Positions 41,068 to 52,217 are shown, counted from the stretch's first letter. The stretch is 64,000 nucleotides of DNA from Deltaproteobacteria bacterium TL4 (GCA_051382335.1 JBBCAX010000349.1:1-64000); one strand, 5' to 3'. Notes: generated from the letters alone by a model not told the origin. Numbers and translations: made by a program.

Positions 41068-42043
41068 CCAGTGTTCCCGCTTCTTCCATTTTTCTGACAA
41101 CCGTAATAATTTTTTGCTGCGCAGCTTCAACATCGGAAACTTTAACGGGACCCATGATTTCCAAGTCTTCCCGGACCATATCCGCTTGACGGGAAGACAT
41201 ACTACTGAAGATGAGTTCTTTCACGGAATCTCCTGCCGTTTTCAAAGAAAGGACGAGGTCATTTTGGTCAATTTCTTTAAGCACATTTTGCATTTGACGA
41301 CTATCCACCAAGACCAAGTCTTCAAAAGTAAACATGAGTTCACGAATTTGCTCTGCAAGATCAGGGTTACTTTCCTCAATAGTGGCCAGAATTCGAGTCT
41401 CTGAGGCTTTATCCAAACTGTTGAGAATTTCCGCGACAGATTCCACACCTCCCACTTTGGTCCCAACGCCTGCGGCCGTTTTCATTTCTTCGGAAAGTAC
41501 CTCGTCCATTTCCGCAATTACGCCTGGGGGAATACTTTCAAGAATCGCCATCCGATAAACAACATCCGCTTGCAGGTTTTCAGGTAATTCACGCAGTACG
41601 GTTGAGGCTTGTTCCATGTCTGTCAGGTGAGCCATGATTAAGGAAATGGTTTGAGGGTGTTCGTTGACGATGTAACTTGCAATCACTTTGGCATCCATGT
41701 ATTTCAGCGAATCGAGTGCCCCTTCTTCCTGGTGGGCTTTCAGTCCATCCACCAGGTCTCGGGCACGATCGGAACCAAGAGCTTTGGTCAAGGCGTTTCG
41801 TACAAAGTCTCCTGTCGCGTTAATTCCCGCGCCTTCATCCTGAATGACGGATTTACGGTAATATTCTTCAAGGACCAAGTCCAGCTCTTCAGGAGACACA
41901 TCAGTGAAGCGTGTCATATAATAACCTACCTGCTGAATTTCAGATTCTTCTAAATTCTTCAGGATTTCTGAGGCACCCTCTTCTCCCAAGGCCAGAAGTA
42001 GAATTGCTGCCTTTTTGGGACCTGTCATTTTTCCGACACTCAT
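41030..42043 (-). CDS. fliG: Flagellar motor switch protein FliG
   Basis: KAAILLLALGEE, EHPQ, GG hinge, MFTFEDL and VEAAQQKI. Confidence 0.96.
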   Translation of the reverse strand: MSVGKMTGPKKAAILLLALGEEGASEILKNLEESEIQQVGYYMTRFTDVSPEELDLVLEEYYRKSVIQDEGAGINATGDFVRNALTKALGSDRARDLVDGLKAHQEEGALDSLKYMDAKVIASYIVNEHPQTISLIMAHLTDMEQASTVLRELPENLQADVVYRMAILESIPPGVIAEMDEVLSEEMKTAAGVGTKVGGVESVAEILNSLDKASETRILATIEESNPDLAEQIRELMFTFEDLVLVDSRQMQNVLKEIDQNDLVLSLKTAGDSVKELIFSSMSSRQADMVREDLEIMGPVKVSDVEAAQQKIITVVRKMEEAGTLVIGGRGGSSDVV

Positions 42044-42335
42044 GATGCTCCTTACATTGAATAATTAATAAGTTGGTAATACTCAGTCCACGAAACACAT
42101 TAAAAAAACTAAAAAATAATAAATTTAGTGTTTTTTATGGATTTTAGAGCCCTCCCTTTTTAGGCGGAGTAGTGACAAAAATTGTTTGTTTGCTGTTGGG
42201 AACATGCAAAAAATAAACCGACTGTCTGTTTTATCTCAGCACGGCAAAAAACGAAACATTTATAGCACGGTGAATCCGGTTTGTCTCTCACTCTTTTGGT
42301 CATCTTCATCCATGACTTGATGATGAGGGAGAGCG

Positions 42336-43439
42336 TTAGGGAACTTTAAAAGTGATTCCCAGGTTAAGTTCTCGATGTTCCTGATTTACCGATAGCCCTG
42401 TTTTGACAATTTCCAGAAGATAGATCAAGTGGATTCGCAAAGCCTGTGAGTTCTCAGGATAGATCTCAACGCCTGTCATTTCTCCTGTATGGAACATTGA
42501 GTCTCCATCGCCATAAAGGGTTTCATCACTGGTATATTTGAAAACCCAGTGCAAGTAATCTTGACGATGGTACTTGAAAAACACAAGCATACTCCAGGTT
42601 TTTTCTGGGTCTTGAGTCAGCGTTTGAATTTGTTGATTGACGAGCAGCTCTTTTTGATATTCGGAGGTCAAGACCTGACCGTATTCAAGTTCCGTTTGTA
42701 AGCTGATGGAGGTCCAACGAAAACCGATCCCGATTTGAGAGGTATCAAAGGCTCCGGTGCTGAGGAGGTGGCCTTCGAGCATTTGCGTTTGTTGAGGGGC
42801 AGGAAAACGCCCATACGAGATAATCGGTTCCAGACTATTGTTTTGAAAGTGACCATACCATGCGAGGTTTGCTCCAACGGCTGTGGTTTTTTGTTCCTGA
42901 TGGCGTAGGGGGCTATTGAGGAGCTGGACACTCCAGGTTTGTTCACCGGTGAAGGCTCGTAAATCCAATCCGGCTCCATAGATCACAGGTAATTTTTGAT
43001 TCGCCCAGGAGTATAAATATTGATCCATGACGTTATAATCATTTTCCCATGAGCCTGACGGAATAAAGATTTTCCCAAATTTTAAACTGAATGACGACGA
43101 CATGTTGAGTTCAAGATAGGAGTATTCAATATTTTCTTCAGCAACCGTTTCAAGCGTCTCAGGCTGTAGCCAGGTCGTAAAGTTGAGCCTGATGCGAGCA
43201 CGTGCGTTTGAATTGAGCGTCTGTTGAAAATCGATAGCCGCTCTTTTGAAGGAAATCTCGGTATAGGATTCTTCTTGCCAGGGATTCCGCGGAGTGTTGG
43301 CGTGCTGTGAAATATCATTCCTGATTTCTAATCCAGAACGGAATGTCGTTGTTTCAGCCCCGCTTATTGATGAAAACAATCCGGTACCCAAATAAATTAA
43401 AACGCAAATCAGTTTGTTCCATCGTAACGTCATCATCAC
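42336..43439 (-). CDS. Putative outer-membrane beta-barrel porin
   Basis: Signal peptide, amphipathic strands, LKFGK and terminal LNLGITF. Confidence 0.55.
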   Translation of the reverse strand: MMMTLRWNKLICVLIYLGTGLFSSISGAETTTFRSGLEIRNDISQHANTPRNPWQEESYTEISFKRAAIDFQQTLNSNARARIRLNFTTWLQPETLETVAEENIEYSYLELNMSSSFSLKFGKIFIPSGSWENDYNVMDQYLYSWANQKLPVIYGAGLDLRAFTGEQTWSVQLLNSPLRHQEQKTTAVGANLAWYGHFQNNSLEPIISYGRFPAPQQTQMLEGHLLSTGAFDTSQIGIGFRWTSISLQTELEYGQVLTSEYQKELLVNQQIQTLTQDPEKTWSMLVFFKYHRQDYLHWVFKYTSDETLYGDGDSMFHTGEMTGVEIYPENSQALRIHLIYLLEIVKTGLSVNQEHRELNLGITFKVP

Positions 43440-43553
43440 ATTATTCCTTAAAAAGATTCATTTTAGTCGTGAGATTTGAAAAAAAAGCTGCTAAAGGGTT
43501 GAGCTTCGTTTTGTAAGACGTATTAGAACAATCTTTTGATCGGAGTCAAGCTC

Positions 43554-43952
43554 ATGTTTCCATTTGAATCGATCGCAGTGGCTCAAGAAGCAGGTGGTCC
43601 CGCAGGTATCGCGGCAAATCCGTTTTTTCAGTTTTTGCCTTTCGTCCTGATTTTCTTTGTTTTTTATTTTTTGATCATCCGTCCTCAGCAAAAAAAGCAA
43701 AAGGAACACACGGATATGCTCCGTTCTTTGAAGAAGGGAGACAAAGTGGTGACTTCCGGAGGAATTTATGGGACCATCCAAAAAATAGGAGAGGATTGGC
43801 TCACTTTAGAAATTGCGGAAAAAGTTCGCATCAAAGTGGATCGAAATCAAGTTTCTCGACTTACCGTAGAGTCCGTTGAGAAAAATGCAAAAGAAGAGGC
43901 AAAGTCTGAAAATAATGACAATAATGACGAGAGCGCAGAAAAAACAGGATGA
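43554..43952 (+). CDS. yajC: Preprotein translocase subunit YajC
   Basis: FYFLIIRPQQKK and LKKGDKVVTSGGIYG. Confidence 0.95.
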   Translation: MFPFESIAVAQEAGGPAGIAANPFFQFLPFVLIFFVFYFLIIRPQQKKQKEHTDMLRSLKKGDKVVTSGGIYGTIQKIGEDWLTLEIAEKVRIKVDRNQVSRLTVESVEKNAKEEAKSENNDNNDESAEKTG

Positions 43953-44008
43953 ATTCTGATGTTTTTATTGCAAGCCCTATAACTTAAAAGTAAGAAAGCA
44001 AAAATATT

Positions 44009-45583
44009 ATGGATACGGAAGTTCGGATAAGAGGTGTGATCATCTTGATTGTCTTGGTAGTGGCAGGCTATTACGCCATTCCAACCTACCATGCTTATAA
44101 ACCTGGAAACAATCCTAAATTAGTTGATAAAAAGGTGAATTTAGGACTGGATTTACAGGGAGGCATGTATCTGGATATTGAAGTTCAGGTTGACGATGCT
44201 GTTGATGAAGTTGCGCGAAGAGCCGCTCAGGAGCTTGAGGATGCCTTTATTGATAATCAGGTGGAGTACATTCATATTGAGAGTAAAGGATCTCAAGTCG
44301 AGATTGAGTTTGAAGCAGGGAGCAGTCTGGACCTTGAAGAGGAACCTTATAGTCGCTTGGTGGTACAGTTTGATCAGAATATTGAAAAAGACTTCACCCG
44401 CCTGACTGTGAAAGCGGAAGAGATCAAACGCATACGCACAAGCTCCGTGGATCAAGCTTTAGAGGTCTTACGGAACCGCATTGACGCCTTGGGTGTGGCG
44501 GAGCCTTCTTTACAACGGCAGGGTGAAAATAATATTCTGATTCAGCTTCCAGGCTTGACCGACCGTGAAAAAGCGATCAAGTTGATTGGAACTCAGGCGG
44601 TGTTGGAATTTTATCTTGTCAACGAGAATGCTACAAAAAATAATTATAACCAATTGACCTCGGTTGTTAAATATGAAGAAAATTGGGATAAAATCACTCA
44701 GAAAGTGGCCACTCGAATCCCTTTTGTCTTAGACAAAAAAGTGGTGTTGACCGGAGAGTTCATTCGAGATGCCAGAGTGCGTTTTGATCAAAATGATAAT
44801 CAACCTTACGTCTCTTTATCCTTTGATTCCATGGGGGCGGATCGTTTTGGTCGAATTACCGAAAAGAACAAAGGAAAACGACTCGCCATCGTCTTGGATG
44901 ATAAAGTTCAATCCGCGCCTGTGATCCGAGAAGCTATCCTGGGAGGCGAAGCTTCGATTTCAGGAAACTTCACCTTGGATGAGGCGAATGATTTAGCTCT
45001 GGTTCTGCGTTCAGGTTCACTGCCCGCAGGGATCGTGATTCGTGAAGAACAAACGGTAGGTGCGAGTTTAGGAGAAGATTCTATCAAACAGAGTTTGATT
45101 TCTCTGCTGATAGGCGGTCTTAGCGTTTTTTTCTTTATGATGTTTTATTACCGGGTTTCTGGTAGTTTTGCCAGCCTGGCCTTACTCCTGAATTTGATTT
45201 TAATCATTGCTATTCTGGCAGGGTTTGAATCAACCTTGACGTTGCCCGGAATGGCCGGGATTGTGCTTACCCTGGGGATGGCTGTGGATGCGAACGTGCT
45301 GATTTTTGAACGTATACGTGAAGAAATGAAAAGGAACGGAATGCCAAGAGCCGCTGTTCGCGAAGGCTTCAGTAAAGCGTTTCTGACCATTGTTGATTCC
45401 AATGTCACAACCTTGTTTGCCGCGCTGGCCTTACTTCAATTTGGGACAGGGCCGGTTAAAGGGTTTGCGGTAACCTTGTCGGTTGGAATTCTGTCCAGTA
45501 TGTTTACTTCGATTGTGGTTACCCGGTTTTTGTTTGATATAGTCTATCTTAATCGTCGTAAACTTGAAAAAATCAGTATTTAA
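44009..45583 (+). CDS. secD: Protein translocase subunit SecD
   Basis: LGLDLQGG, RNRIDALGVAEP and GMAVDANVLIFERIREE. Confidence 0.97.
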   Translation: MDTEVRIRGVIILIVLVVAGYYAIPTYHAYKPGNNPKLVDKKVNLGLDLQGGMYLDIEVQVDDAVDEVARRAAQELEDAFIDNQVEYIHIESKGSQVEIEFEAGSSLDLEEEPYSRLVVQFDQNIEKDFTRLTVKAEEIKRIRTSSVDQALEVLRNRIDALGVAEPSLQRQGENNILIQLPGLTDREKAIKLIGTQAVLEFYLVNENATKNNYNQLTSVVKYEENWDKITQKVATRIPFVLDKKVVLTGEFIRDARVRFDQNDNQPYVSLSFDSMGADRFGRITEKNKGKRLAIVLDDKVQSAPVIREAILGGEASISGNFTLDEANDLALVLRSGSLPAGIVIREEQTVGASLGEDSIKQSLISLLIGGLSVFFFMMFYYRVSGSFASLALLLNLILIIAILAGFESTLTLPGMAGIVLTLGMAVDANVLIFERIREEMKRNGMPRAAVREGFSKAFLTIVDSNVTTLFAALALLQFGTGPVKGFAVTLSVGILSSMFTSIVVTRFLFDIVYLNRRKLEKISI

Positions 45584-45775
45584 TTCTCGTTTTACATCGT
45601 GTCGGATGCACTTGGAACAGGTTCTGTTGTGAGTGTGTTGGGTTTTGCCTTTTGGGAAGCCAACGTTGTGGGCTTTGGTGAGGCGACCTGCTTAAAAAGT
45701 GAAGTTGGATTCACACTTCCTGTTCTTAAACCGACAGCCTTATTTATTAGTAACATCTATACTACTTATGAAATT

Positions 45776-46702
45776 ATGCAGATAATAAAGGACGACTGTA
45801 ATTTTGATTTTTTAGGGAAGCGGAAGATAGCTGCCGTTATTTCCGCATTAATGATTCTTGTTGGAATGGTTTCTATTGCCTTACATCGAGGGTTGAATTT
45901 TGGCATCGATTTTCGGGGAGGAACCAATGTACAAATCCGCTTTGAGAAACAAGTCAATCTGGACGATTTACGGAAAGTCTTCGCAACACGAGAGGATAGT
46001 GGCGAAATGAGTCTCCAAACCTTTGGTGTTCCCGAAGATAACGAAGTCCTGTTGATTTTGCCGGTTGACAGCAAGCTGGCAAAAGACGGGCAACTTAAAG
46101 AAAACCTGACGGAATTGCTTAAAGATAAATATCCTCAAATGGAGTTACGTCGAGTCGCGACCATTGGTCCAAAGGTTGGCGAGGAATTAAAACTGAATGC
46201 AGTTCGTGCGATTTTTATCGCACTGGGCTTGGTATTAGTCTACATCTCCTTCCGTTTTCAATGGAAATTTGGTGTTGGCACAATCGTTGCGTTGATCCAT
46301 GATGTTTGCATTGTTGTTGGCGTTTTTTCGATGCTGGATAAAGAATTTACCCTGACGATTGTGGCCGCACTCTTAACGGTTGTGGGATACTCTTTGAATG
46401 ATACCATTGTCGTTTTTGATCGCATTCGTGAAAATCAAGGCAAGTACCGTAAAAAGGGCTTGGAAGAGATCATCAATCTGAGTACCAATGAAACTTTAAG
46501 CCGAACGATACTCACCTCAGGGACCACCTTGCTTGTTGTTGTGTGCTTGTTCTTTCTTGGCGGAGAGATTATTCATGACTTCTCCTTTGCCATGCTCGTT
46601 GGCATCGGGGTTGGAACGTATTCTTCCATTTACATTGCAAGTCCGGTATTATTGTTATTGAACCAAAAAAATCCAGCAACTCCGGTTAAAGAAGAAGCTT
46701 AA
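45776..46702 (+). CDS. secF: Protein translocase subunit SecF
   Basis: GIDFRGG and GYSLNDTIVVFDRIRE. Likely start MQIIKD at 45776. Confidence 0.96.
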   Translation: MQIIKDDCNFDFLGKRKIAAVISALMILVGMVSIALHRGLNFGIDFRGGTNVQIRFEKQVNLDDLRKVFATREDSGEMSLQTFGVPEDNEVLLILPVDSKLAKDGQLKENLTELLKDKYPQMELRRVATIGPKVGEELKLNAVRAIFIALGLVLVYISFRFQWKFGVGTIVALIHDVCIVVGVFSMLDKEFTLTIVAALLTVVGYSLNDTIVVFDRIRENQGKYRKKGLEEIINLSTNETLSRTILTSGTTLLVVVCLFFLGGEIIHDFSFAMLVGIGVGTYSSIYIASPVLLLLNQKNPATPVKEEA

Positions 46703-46718
46703 TCTTGTAGGAGTCCTA

Positions 46719-47591
46719 TTGATGCCAATTACCACTTTTAAACTCGAGACTGTTGCCATCGTAGGCTTGGGGTTGATCGGAGGCTCTGTTGCTTTGGATT
46801 TACAACGGTTGGGCTTAGTCAAACGACTGGTGGGCTATGACCAGCGTCAGGATCATTGTCAACAAGCCTTGGAACATGGTTTGGTTCATTATGCCTCCCC
46901 TCAATGGGATGCTGAGTTGACACAAGCGCAATTGGTGATTCTTTCAGTACCTGTCGGTGCCTTTGAAGTCGTCGTGGCTCAAATCCGGGAGTACTTAGCC
47001 CCTGGTGTGATTCTCTCAGATGTTGGCAGTGTCAAAAGTCCTCTGCTGGCCTTGATGAAAAAGGCTGAAAACCAACATATTAATTTCATAGGCGCGCATC
47101 CGATTGCGGGTTCAGAACATTATGGTCCTACCAGTGCTCGTATCCGTCTTTTTGAAGGCAGAAAATTAATCATCACTCCCGACTCCAGTTCTAATCCCGA
47201 GGCACTGTCTTTGGTCCGGACTCTTTGGGAACACCTTGGCAGTAACGTGATTGAAATGGACGCGGAATCTCATGATGAAGTCTTTGCGTGGGTGAGTCAC
47301 TTACCTCACTTGTTAGCGTATGCCAGCATTAAAACCATCGCGGCTGCGGACCATCCCGAAATTCTAAGTTTCTCCGGTGCAGGACTCAAAGACTTCTCCC
47401 GCATTGCTTCCTCCAGTCCTGAAATGTGGGCCGATATTTTTATGGAAAATCAAAGCTACCTCTTAGCTCATTTGGCTCAGTTTGAACAAATCCTGACACA
47501 ACTAAAAACCACAATTCAACAAAGAGACAGAGATTCCCTGGTTGAATTATTGTTTGCTGCGAAGAATTCCAGAGATCACTGGGTGCGCTAG
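46719..47591 (+). CDS. tyrA: Prephenate/arogenate dehydrogenase
   Basis: GLGLIGGS, DVGSVK, HPIAGSE, SHLPH and SSPEMW. Confidence 0.93.
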   Translation: MMPITTFKLETVAIVGLGLIGGSVALDLQRLGLVKRLVGYDQRQDHCQQALEHGLVHYASPQWDAELTQAQLVILSVPVGAFEVVVAQIREYLAPGVILSDVGSVKSPLLALMKKAENQHINFIGAHPIAGSEHYGPTSARIRLFEGRKLIITPDSSSNPEALSLVRTLWEHLGSNVIEMDAESHDEVFAWVSHLPHLLAYASIKTIAAADHPEILSFSGAGLKDFSRIASSSPEMWADIFMENQSYLLAHLAQFEQILTQLKTTIQQRDRDSLVELLFAAKNSRDHWVR

Positions 47592-47674
47592 ATAGCACTA
47601 ATGGGGCTTTGGTGTGGGAAAACCTAAAAAAACAGACTCAGCGACAAATCCTCCCAACACAACTCAGCTTCAAG

Positions 47675-48451
47675 TCAAGTGCCAGCCTCGTTATACTCAA
47701 TAATCAAAGGGGCATGATCGGAAAAGCGTTGTTCTTTATAGATGGCTTCTGTTCGGGCGAGTGCCGCGATGTTTGGAGTCGCCATTTGATAGTCAATACG
47801 CCATCCGACATTTTTGGCCCAGGCTTGTCCCCGGTTGGACCACCAGGTGTATTGACCAGGGTTGGGGTTTAATTGCCGGAATACATCAACATATCCTAAT
47901 TGATCCACAACCAGAGTCAGCCATTCCCGTTCTTCGGGTAAAAACCCGGAATGCTCCTGGTTGGCTTTCCAGTTTTTTAAATCAATTTCTTTGTGCGCGA
48001 TATTTAAATCTCCACAAATGATGTATTCCCGTCCATCGGTCTGTTTTTCTTTTAGCCAATGTGTGAAATGCTCCATCACCTCATACTTAAAAGCCTGTCT
48101 TTCTGGACTACTGCTTCCTGAAGGCAAATATAAGGAAATAATGCTCAAAGCACCATAATCGATCTGCAAAAATCGAGCTTCCCTATCCATGGGCTCCCAT
48201 CCATACTTAAGATGAATGCGATCCGGTTTTCGCTTATAATACACAGCGACACCTGAATAACCTTTACGTTCCGCACAATGAAAAACACTATTGTAACCAG
48301 GCGGATTTTTTATGGTGGACGTTAATTGTTCGTGCGGAATTCGTGTTTCCTGAAGGCAAACGATATCTGCCTGCTGAAGATTTAACCAAGCTAAAAACCC
48401 TTTCTTTACTCCAGCACGGATTCCATTAATGTTAAGAGAGATGATTTTCAT
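47675..48451 (-). CDS. xth: Exodeoxyribonuclease III (AP endonuclease)
   Basis: NINGIRA, CLQE, GYSGV, GDLNIAH, GWRIDY and SDHAP. Confidence 0.95.
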   Translation of the reverse strand: MKIISLNINGIRAGVKKGFLAWLNLQQADIVCLQETRIPHEQLTSTIKNPPGYNSVFHCAERKGYSGVAVYYKRKPDRIHLKYGWEPMDREARFLQIDYGALSIISLYLPSGSSSPERQAFKYEVMEHFTHWLKEKQTDGREYIICGDLNIAHKEIDLKNWKANQEHSGFLPEEREWLTLVVDQLGYVDVFRQLNPNPGQYTWWSNRGQAWAKNVGWRIDYQMATPNIAALARTEAIYKEQRFSDHAPLIIEYNEAGT

Positions 48452-48717
48452 AAGAACTCTTCAGGATCTTGTTGTGTCAGTGCGGATTTAAAGGGGGGTA
48501 GTCTTGTTTTTTGTAATTCACAAAATTATATACTAAAGCAGTGCTAAAAAATAACAAGTGAATAGGACCTCCCGTTTAAGACGACACAGTATTTGACGAG
48601 AGTGTCCTTTGTTCTGGCTTAAGCCTGTGGTCGATGGTTTCAATTTCTGCTGAAGAACCTCCGTTATTTGATGCGCCTATCCCAAGTGAGTCTGAATTAT
48701 TTAAAATAGAGGAAGCC

Positions 48718-49962
48718 ATGAAACGTGTTGTCGTAACGGGTATCGGTATTAATTGTTGCCTTGGAAATGATCAGGAGTCTGTGATTGCAGCCTTGAAACA
48801 GGGACGCTCAGGCCTTAAGTTCAAACAAGAATACCAAGATTTAGGTTTCCGCAGTCAAGTCGCCGGAAATGTTGTAGGACTGGACCTTGAAAGTTTAATA
48901 AATCGTAAAATAAGACGTTATATGGGAAAGGCAGCGGCTTTTTCCTATTTGGCCATGCAGCAAGCCATTGAAGATTCGGGATTAACGGAAGCTCAGGTGT
49001 CCCATGATCGAACCGGGTTAATTGCTGGTTCTGTAACCGGATCTTCCGAGAGTCAGGTTGCTGCGGCGGATTTGTTACGAGAAAAGGGCGTCCGTCAGGT
49101 GGGGCCCTTTATGGTGACTCGGATTATGTCCAGTTCTGTTTCAGGTTGTTTGTGCACTGCGTTTCAAATCAAGGGACTTAATTATGCGATCAGTTCAGCC
49201 TGTGCGACCAGCTCACATTGTATTGGAAATGCCATGGAGCAAATCCAATGGGGAAAGCAGGATATTATTTTTGCGGGAGGAGGTTGTGAGGAGCATTGGA
49301 CCCAAACGATGCTCTTTGAGTCAATGTCCACGCTGTCTTCCAAGTATAATGATACTCCAGAAAAAGCCTCCCGGCCTTATGATGCCAACCGAGATGGTTT
49401 TGTTGTTTCTGAAGGTGCGGGGATTATCGTCTTGGAAGAATTGGAGCACGCCCTAAAACGCGGTGCTCCTATTTATGCGGAAATCGTTGGGTATGGCGCA
49501 ACATCCGATGGGGTGAACATGGTGGCCCCCTCAGGAGAAGGGGCGGTTCGTTGTATGAAAAAAGCGATGGAAACGGTCAACGCCGATTTAAACTATATCA
49601 ATACTCATGGAACAAGTACGCCTACAGGGGATATTGCGGAGCTTAAGGCGATTCGTGAGGCTTTTGGTGAGGAGCTTCCTCCTCTCAGTTCCACAAAATC
49701 GCTGACAGGGCATTCTCTGGGCGCGGCCGGTGTTCATGAGGCGATTTACTGTTTATTGATGATGAAACATCAATTTGTTGCGGCATCCGCCAATATTGAA
49801 AATATGGATGAAGGCGCGAAAACCTTTCCGATTGTGACTGAATGTCAGGAACCTGTCCCTCTGAACGTCGTTCTTTCTAACAGTTTTGGCTTTGGTGGTA
49901 CTAATGCGACATTGGTCTTTCAGCGTTTTCAAGAGGACATGCCGGCCACAGGAAGTAAATAG
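48718..49962 (+). CDS. fabB: Beta-ketoacyl-ACP synthase I
   Basis: MKRVVVTG (GAGG RBS), SSACATS, HGTST, GHSLGA and SNSFGFGG. Confidence 0.9.
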   Translation: MKRVVVTGIGINCCLGNDQESVIAALKQGRSGLKFKQEYQDLGFRSQVAGNVVGLDLESLINRKIRRYMGKAAAFSYLAMQQAIEDSGLTEAQVSHDRTGLIAGSVTGSSESQVAAADLLREKGVRQVGPFMVTRIMSSSVSGCLCTAFQIKGLNYAISSACATSSHCIGNAMEQIQWGKQDIIFAGGGCEEHWTQTMLFESMSTLSSKYNDTPEKASRPYDANRDGFVVSEGAGIIVLEELEHALKRGAPIYAEIVGYGATSDGVNMVAPSGEGAVRCMKKAMETVNADLNYINTHGTSTPTGDIAELKAIREAFGEELPPLSSTKSLTGHSLGAAGVHEAIYCLLMMKHQFVAASANIENMDEGAKTFPIVTECQEPVPLNVVLSNSFGFGGTNATLVFQRFQEDMPATGSK

Positions 49963-50033
49963 GAATGGACTTGTTAAGTGGTATGAGCTATCCTCCCTTG
50001 CTGATGGGGATAGGGATTGGAGGACGATTGAGG

Positions 50034-50984
50034 CTAATCTTCAACCAAGGGAAGATTTATTTCAAAGCCTACTACTTTTCCTTGCTCCCTGTAAAATGAT
50101 AGATTTCCTCCATGTTTTTCAATAATCTTTTTGGCATAAAGTAAATCCAGTCCACTTTCTTGAGAGGTATTGAACGCTTTCTGTAAAAATTCATGCATTT
50201 CCCGATCTTCGATTAATTCCCAATCGGTTTCTCCATACATGGATACTTCAACCTGCTTTTTGTCAACGTTGTAGATTCGACGATTTCCTTGGCGTAAGGT
50301 GATTTTTATCACATCTTCTTGAGAAATCCTGGAAATTTCTTTCAAAAGCAGCATAATGGCATCAATGAAGAGGCTTTCATCCAAATCGGAAACTGGAATA
50401 AACTCGGGGCTGACCAATAATTTTGCCGATTTATTCTGGGAATTGAGTTTATGGGTAATGGATTTAAAAAAGTTGAGGACATTAACTTGTTTTTTGACGG
50501 GAACGAGTTCTTTATCCAGGCGGATGGAGTGATCGTGTAACTGTTGAACTCTCTGTATCATCGAAACGGCCATGTTTTTACATTGACGCAAAACGGAACT
50601 GACATCGGGATCATTTATTTTCGCGATGACCTGATCCAGGTTTGAGGTGATACTTTCAATAGGCTCTCTCAGTTGTCCCATAACTTTGGGGAATAGCCTG
50701 GAACGATGATAGTATTCCGTCTGTTGTTCAAGAAGTGAGGTAACTTGTTCTCTTTTTATTTGGAGTTGGATTTTTTGTAATTCCTCGTTTTGCTCAGTGG
50801 GCAGCTGTTTCTTTCCTGAGAGGATTTGGCGCTTTTCTGATTCATATTGAGATAATTTAGATTGCAGCAATTCCAGTTGATGTTCCAGATCAGAAATGAT
50901 TTGATCGGATTCATCGGGTAAAGTTTTCTCTGATTCTTCAACTTGTAAAGACACGCCTGATTTCGTTATTGTTTTGTCTGCCAT
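50034..50984 (-). CDS. Degenerate histidine-kinase-like protein (coiled coil, DHp-like, HATPase-like)
   Basis: VMGQLREPI at the H-box position without His; GLDLLYAKKIIEKHGG; FEINLP at the end. Confidence 0.6.
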   Translation of the reverse strand: MADKTITKSGVSLQVEESEKTLPDESDQIISDLEHQLELLQSKLSQYESEKRQILSGKKQLPTEQNEELQKIQLQIKREQVTSLLEQQTEYYHRSRLFPKVMGQLREPIESITSNLDQVIAKINDPDVSSVLRQCKNMAVSMIQRVQQLHDHSIRLDKELVPVKKQVNVLNFFKSITHKLNSQNKSAKLLVSPEFIPVSDLDESLFIDAIMLLLKEISRISQEDVIKITLRQGNRRIYNVDKKQVEVSMYGETDWELIEDREMHEFLQKAFNTSQESGLDLLYAKKIIEKHGGNLSFYREQGKVVGFEINLPLVED

Positions 50985-51076
50985 ATCCGAACAATTATGA
51001 GGTGTTAGAGGTTTTGGAGGAAAATCGCTTTCATTTTCGCATTATGCAACGAATATTTCTAGTTTTTTAGGATAAA

Positions 51077-52093
51077 ATGAAAATTATTTTGCAACCCTTT
51101 ACTTTTGGTGCCTTGTTTAAGCGGGCAATCCGGATTTATACAACTCACTGGATTCCTATGCTCCTGTTGACATTCGTGTTCTTAATCATTCCCTGGGTGT
51201 TGGGAACCCTCAATCTTTCTGTGCTGGAGTTTTTTTCCTTATACCTTGCGGAACGCTTGTTAGAAGCGGCGATGACCTTAGGTCTCCTCTCCCTGATGGT
51301 CAGTCCCGTCTTTCCAGTGACAAAAATTATCAACTATTTTCGCTCTCCCCGCATTTTAGGCGCATTTTATGTGGCAACGCTCCAATTTGTGATTTTCATC
51401 TTTGGAATGACGGGATTATCTCCCGTTTTCGCTCCGTTTAACATTATTGTCGTATTTCTTTGGATTGGCAGTATCTTCGCTTTTTCACTGGCTCAACCTG
51501 TTTATATTACTGAAGGTTTGAGAGGGGTACAAGCACTTGCCAGAAGTTTACAAATATTAAAACCTTTCGTCATCTATGCTTTTTTTACGATCATGTTCAT
51601 CAAACTTTGTCAGGTAATCCTTCCGGGGGTAATTTCCATTATCATGCTACCCGATTTGAATTTTTCTCTTGCAGAAACTCCAGAACAAGTAAAGGAAATG
51701 TTGCTGCGTGTTTTAAAGGATCCTGAATCTCAACAAATCATGCGTTGGTCTCAATACCTTGCTATACTCGTTTTTGATCCTTTTGTCGCTATTATACTGA
51801 GTCTTCTTTATTTAAATTTTATTCACATCCGATCCGGTGTTGAAATCTCAGTATTTTCCAATCTTGCCAGAGGTTTGCTCGGTTTACCTACGGAAAGAGC
51901 GGCCAATGGTCAAGAATTAATTCAATCAACTGATCCTCAAGAAGACGTGAACAGCGGAGAACCCTTGCCCCATGAGGACCCTTTACCGCAAGCTGAAGAT
52001 ACGCAAAAAATACATGAAAAACAACAGGATACTTTTCTTAATGAATCCACTTTAGAGTCCCCCTCCAAAGATAAGCTGGGACCTCATCGCTGA
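51077..52093 (+). CDS. Hypothetical multi-pass membrane protein with acidic C-terminal tail
   Basis: Several hydrophobic segments, ALARSLQI and an AGGA RBS. Confidence 0.7.
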   Translation: MKIILQPFTFGALFKRAIRIYTTHWIPMLLLTFVFLIIPWVLGTLNLSVLEFFSLYLAERLLEAAMTLGLLSLMVSPVFPVTKIINYFRSPRILGAFYVATLQFVIFIFGMTGLSPVFAPFNIIVVFLWIGSIFAFSLAQPVYITEGLRGVQALARSLQILKPFVIYAFFTIMFIKLCQVILPGVISIIMLPDLNFSLAETPEQVKEMLLRVLKDPESQQIMRWSQYLAILVFDPFVAIILSLLYLNFIHIRSGVEISVFSNLARGLLGLPTERAANGQELIQSTDPQEDVNSGEPLPHEDPLPQAEDTQKIHEKQQDTFLNESTLESPSKDKLGPHR

Positions 52094-52217
52094 GCTGTAA
52101 AAGGAGTTAAAGGCCTGAACTCTGGCAAAGCTATTTTGTCAGAGAGGTCATTTTTAGGGGTATCCTAATGACGCAACTATTAAAATCAAGTCGACCTATC
52201 AAATGTAGGGGTAAATC

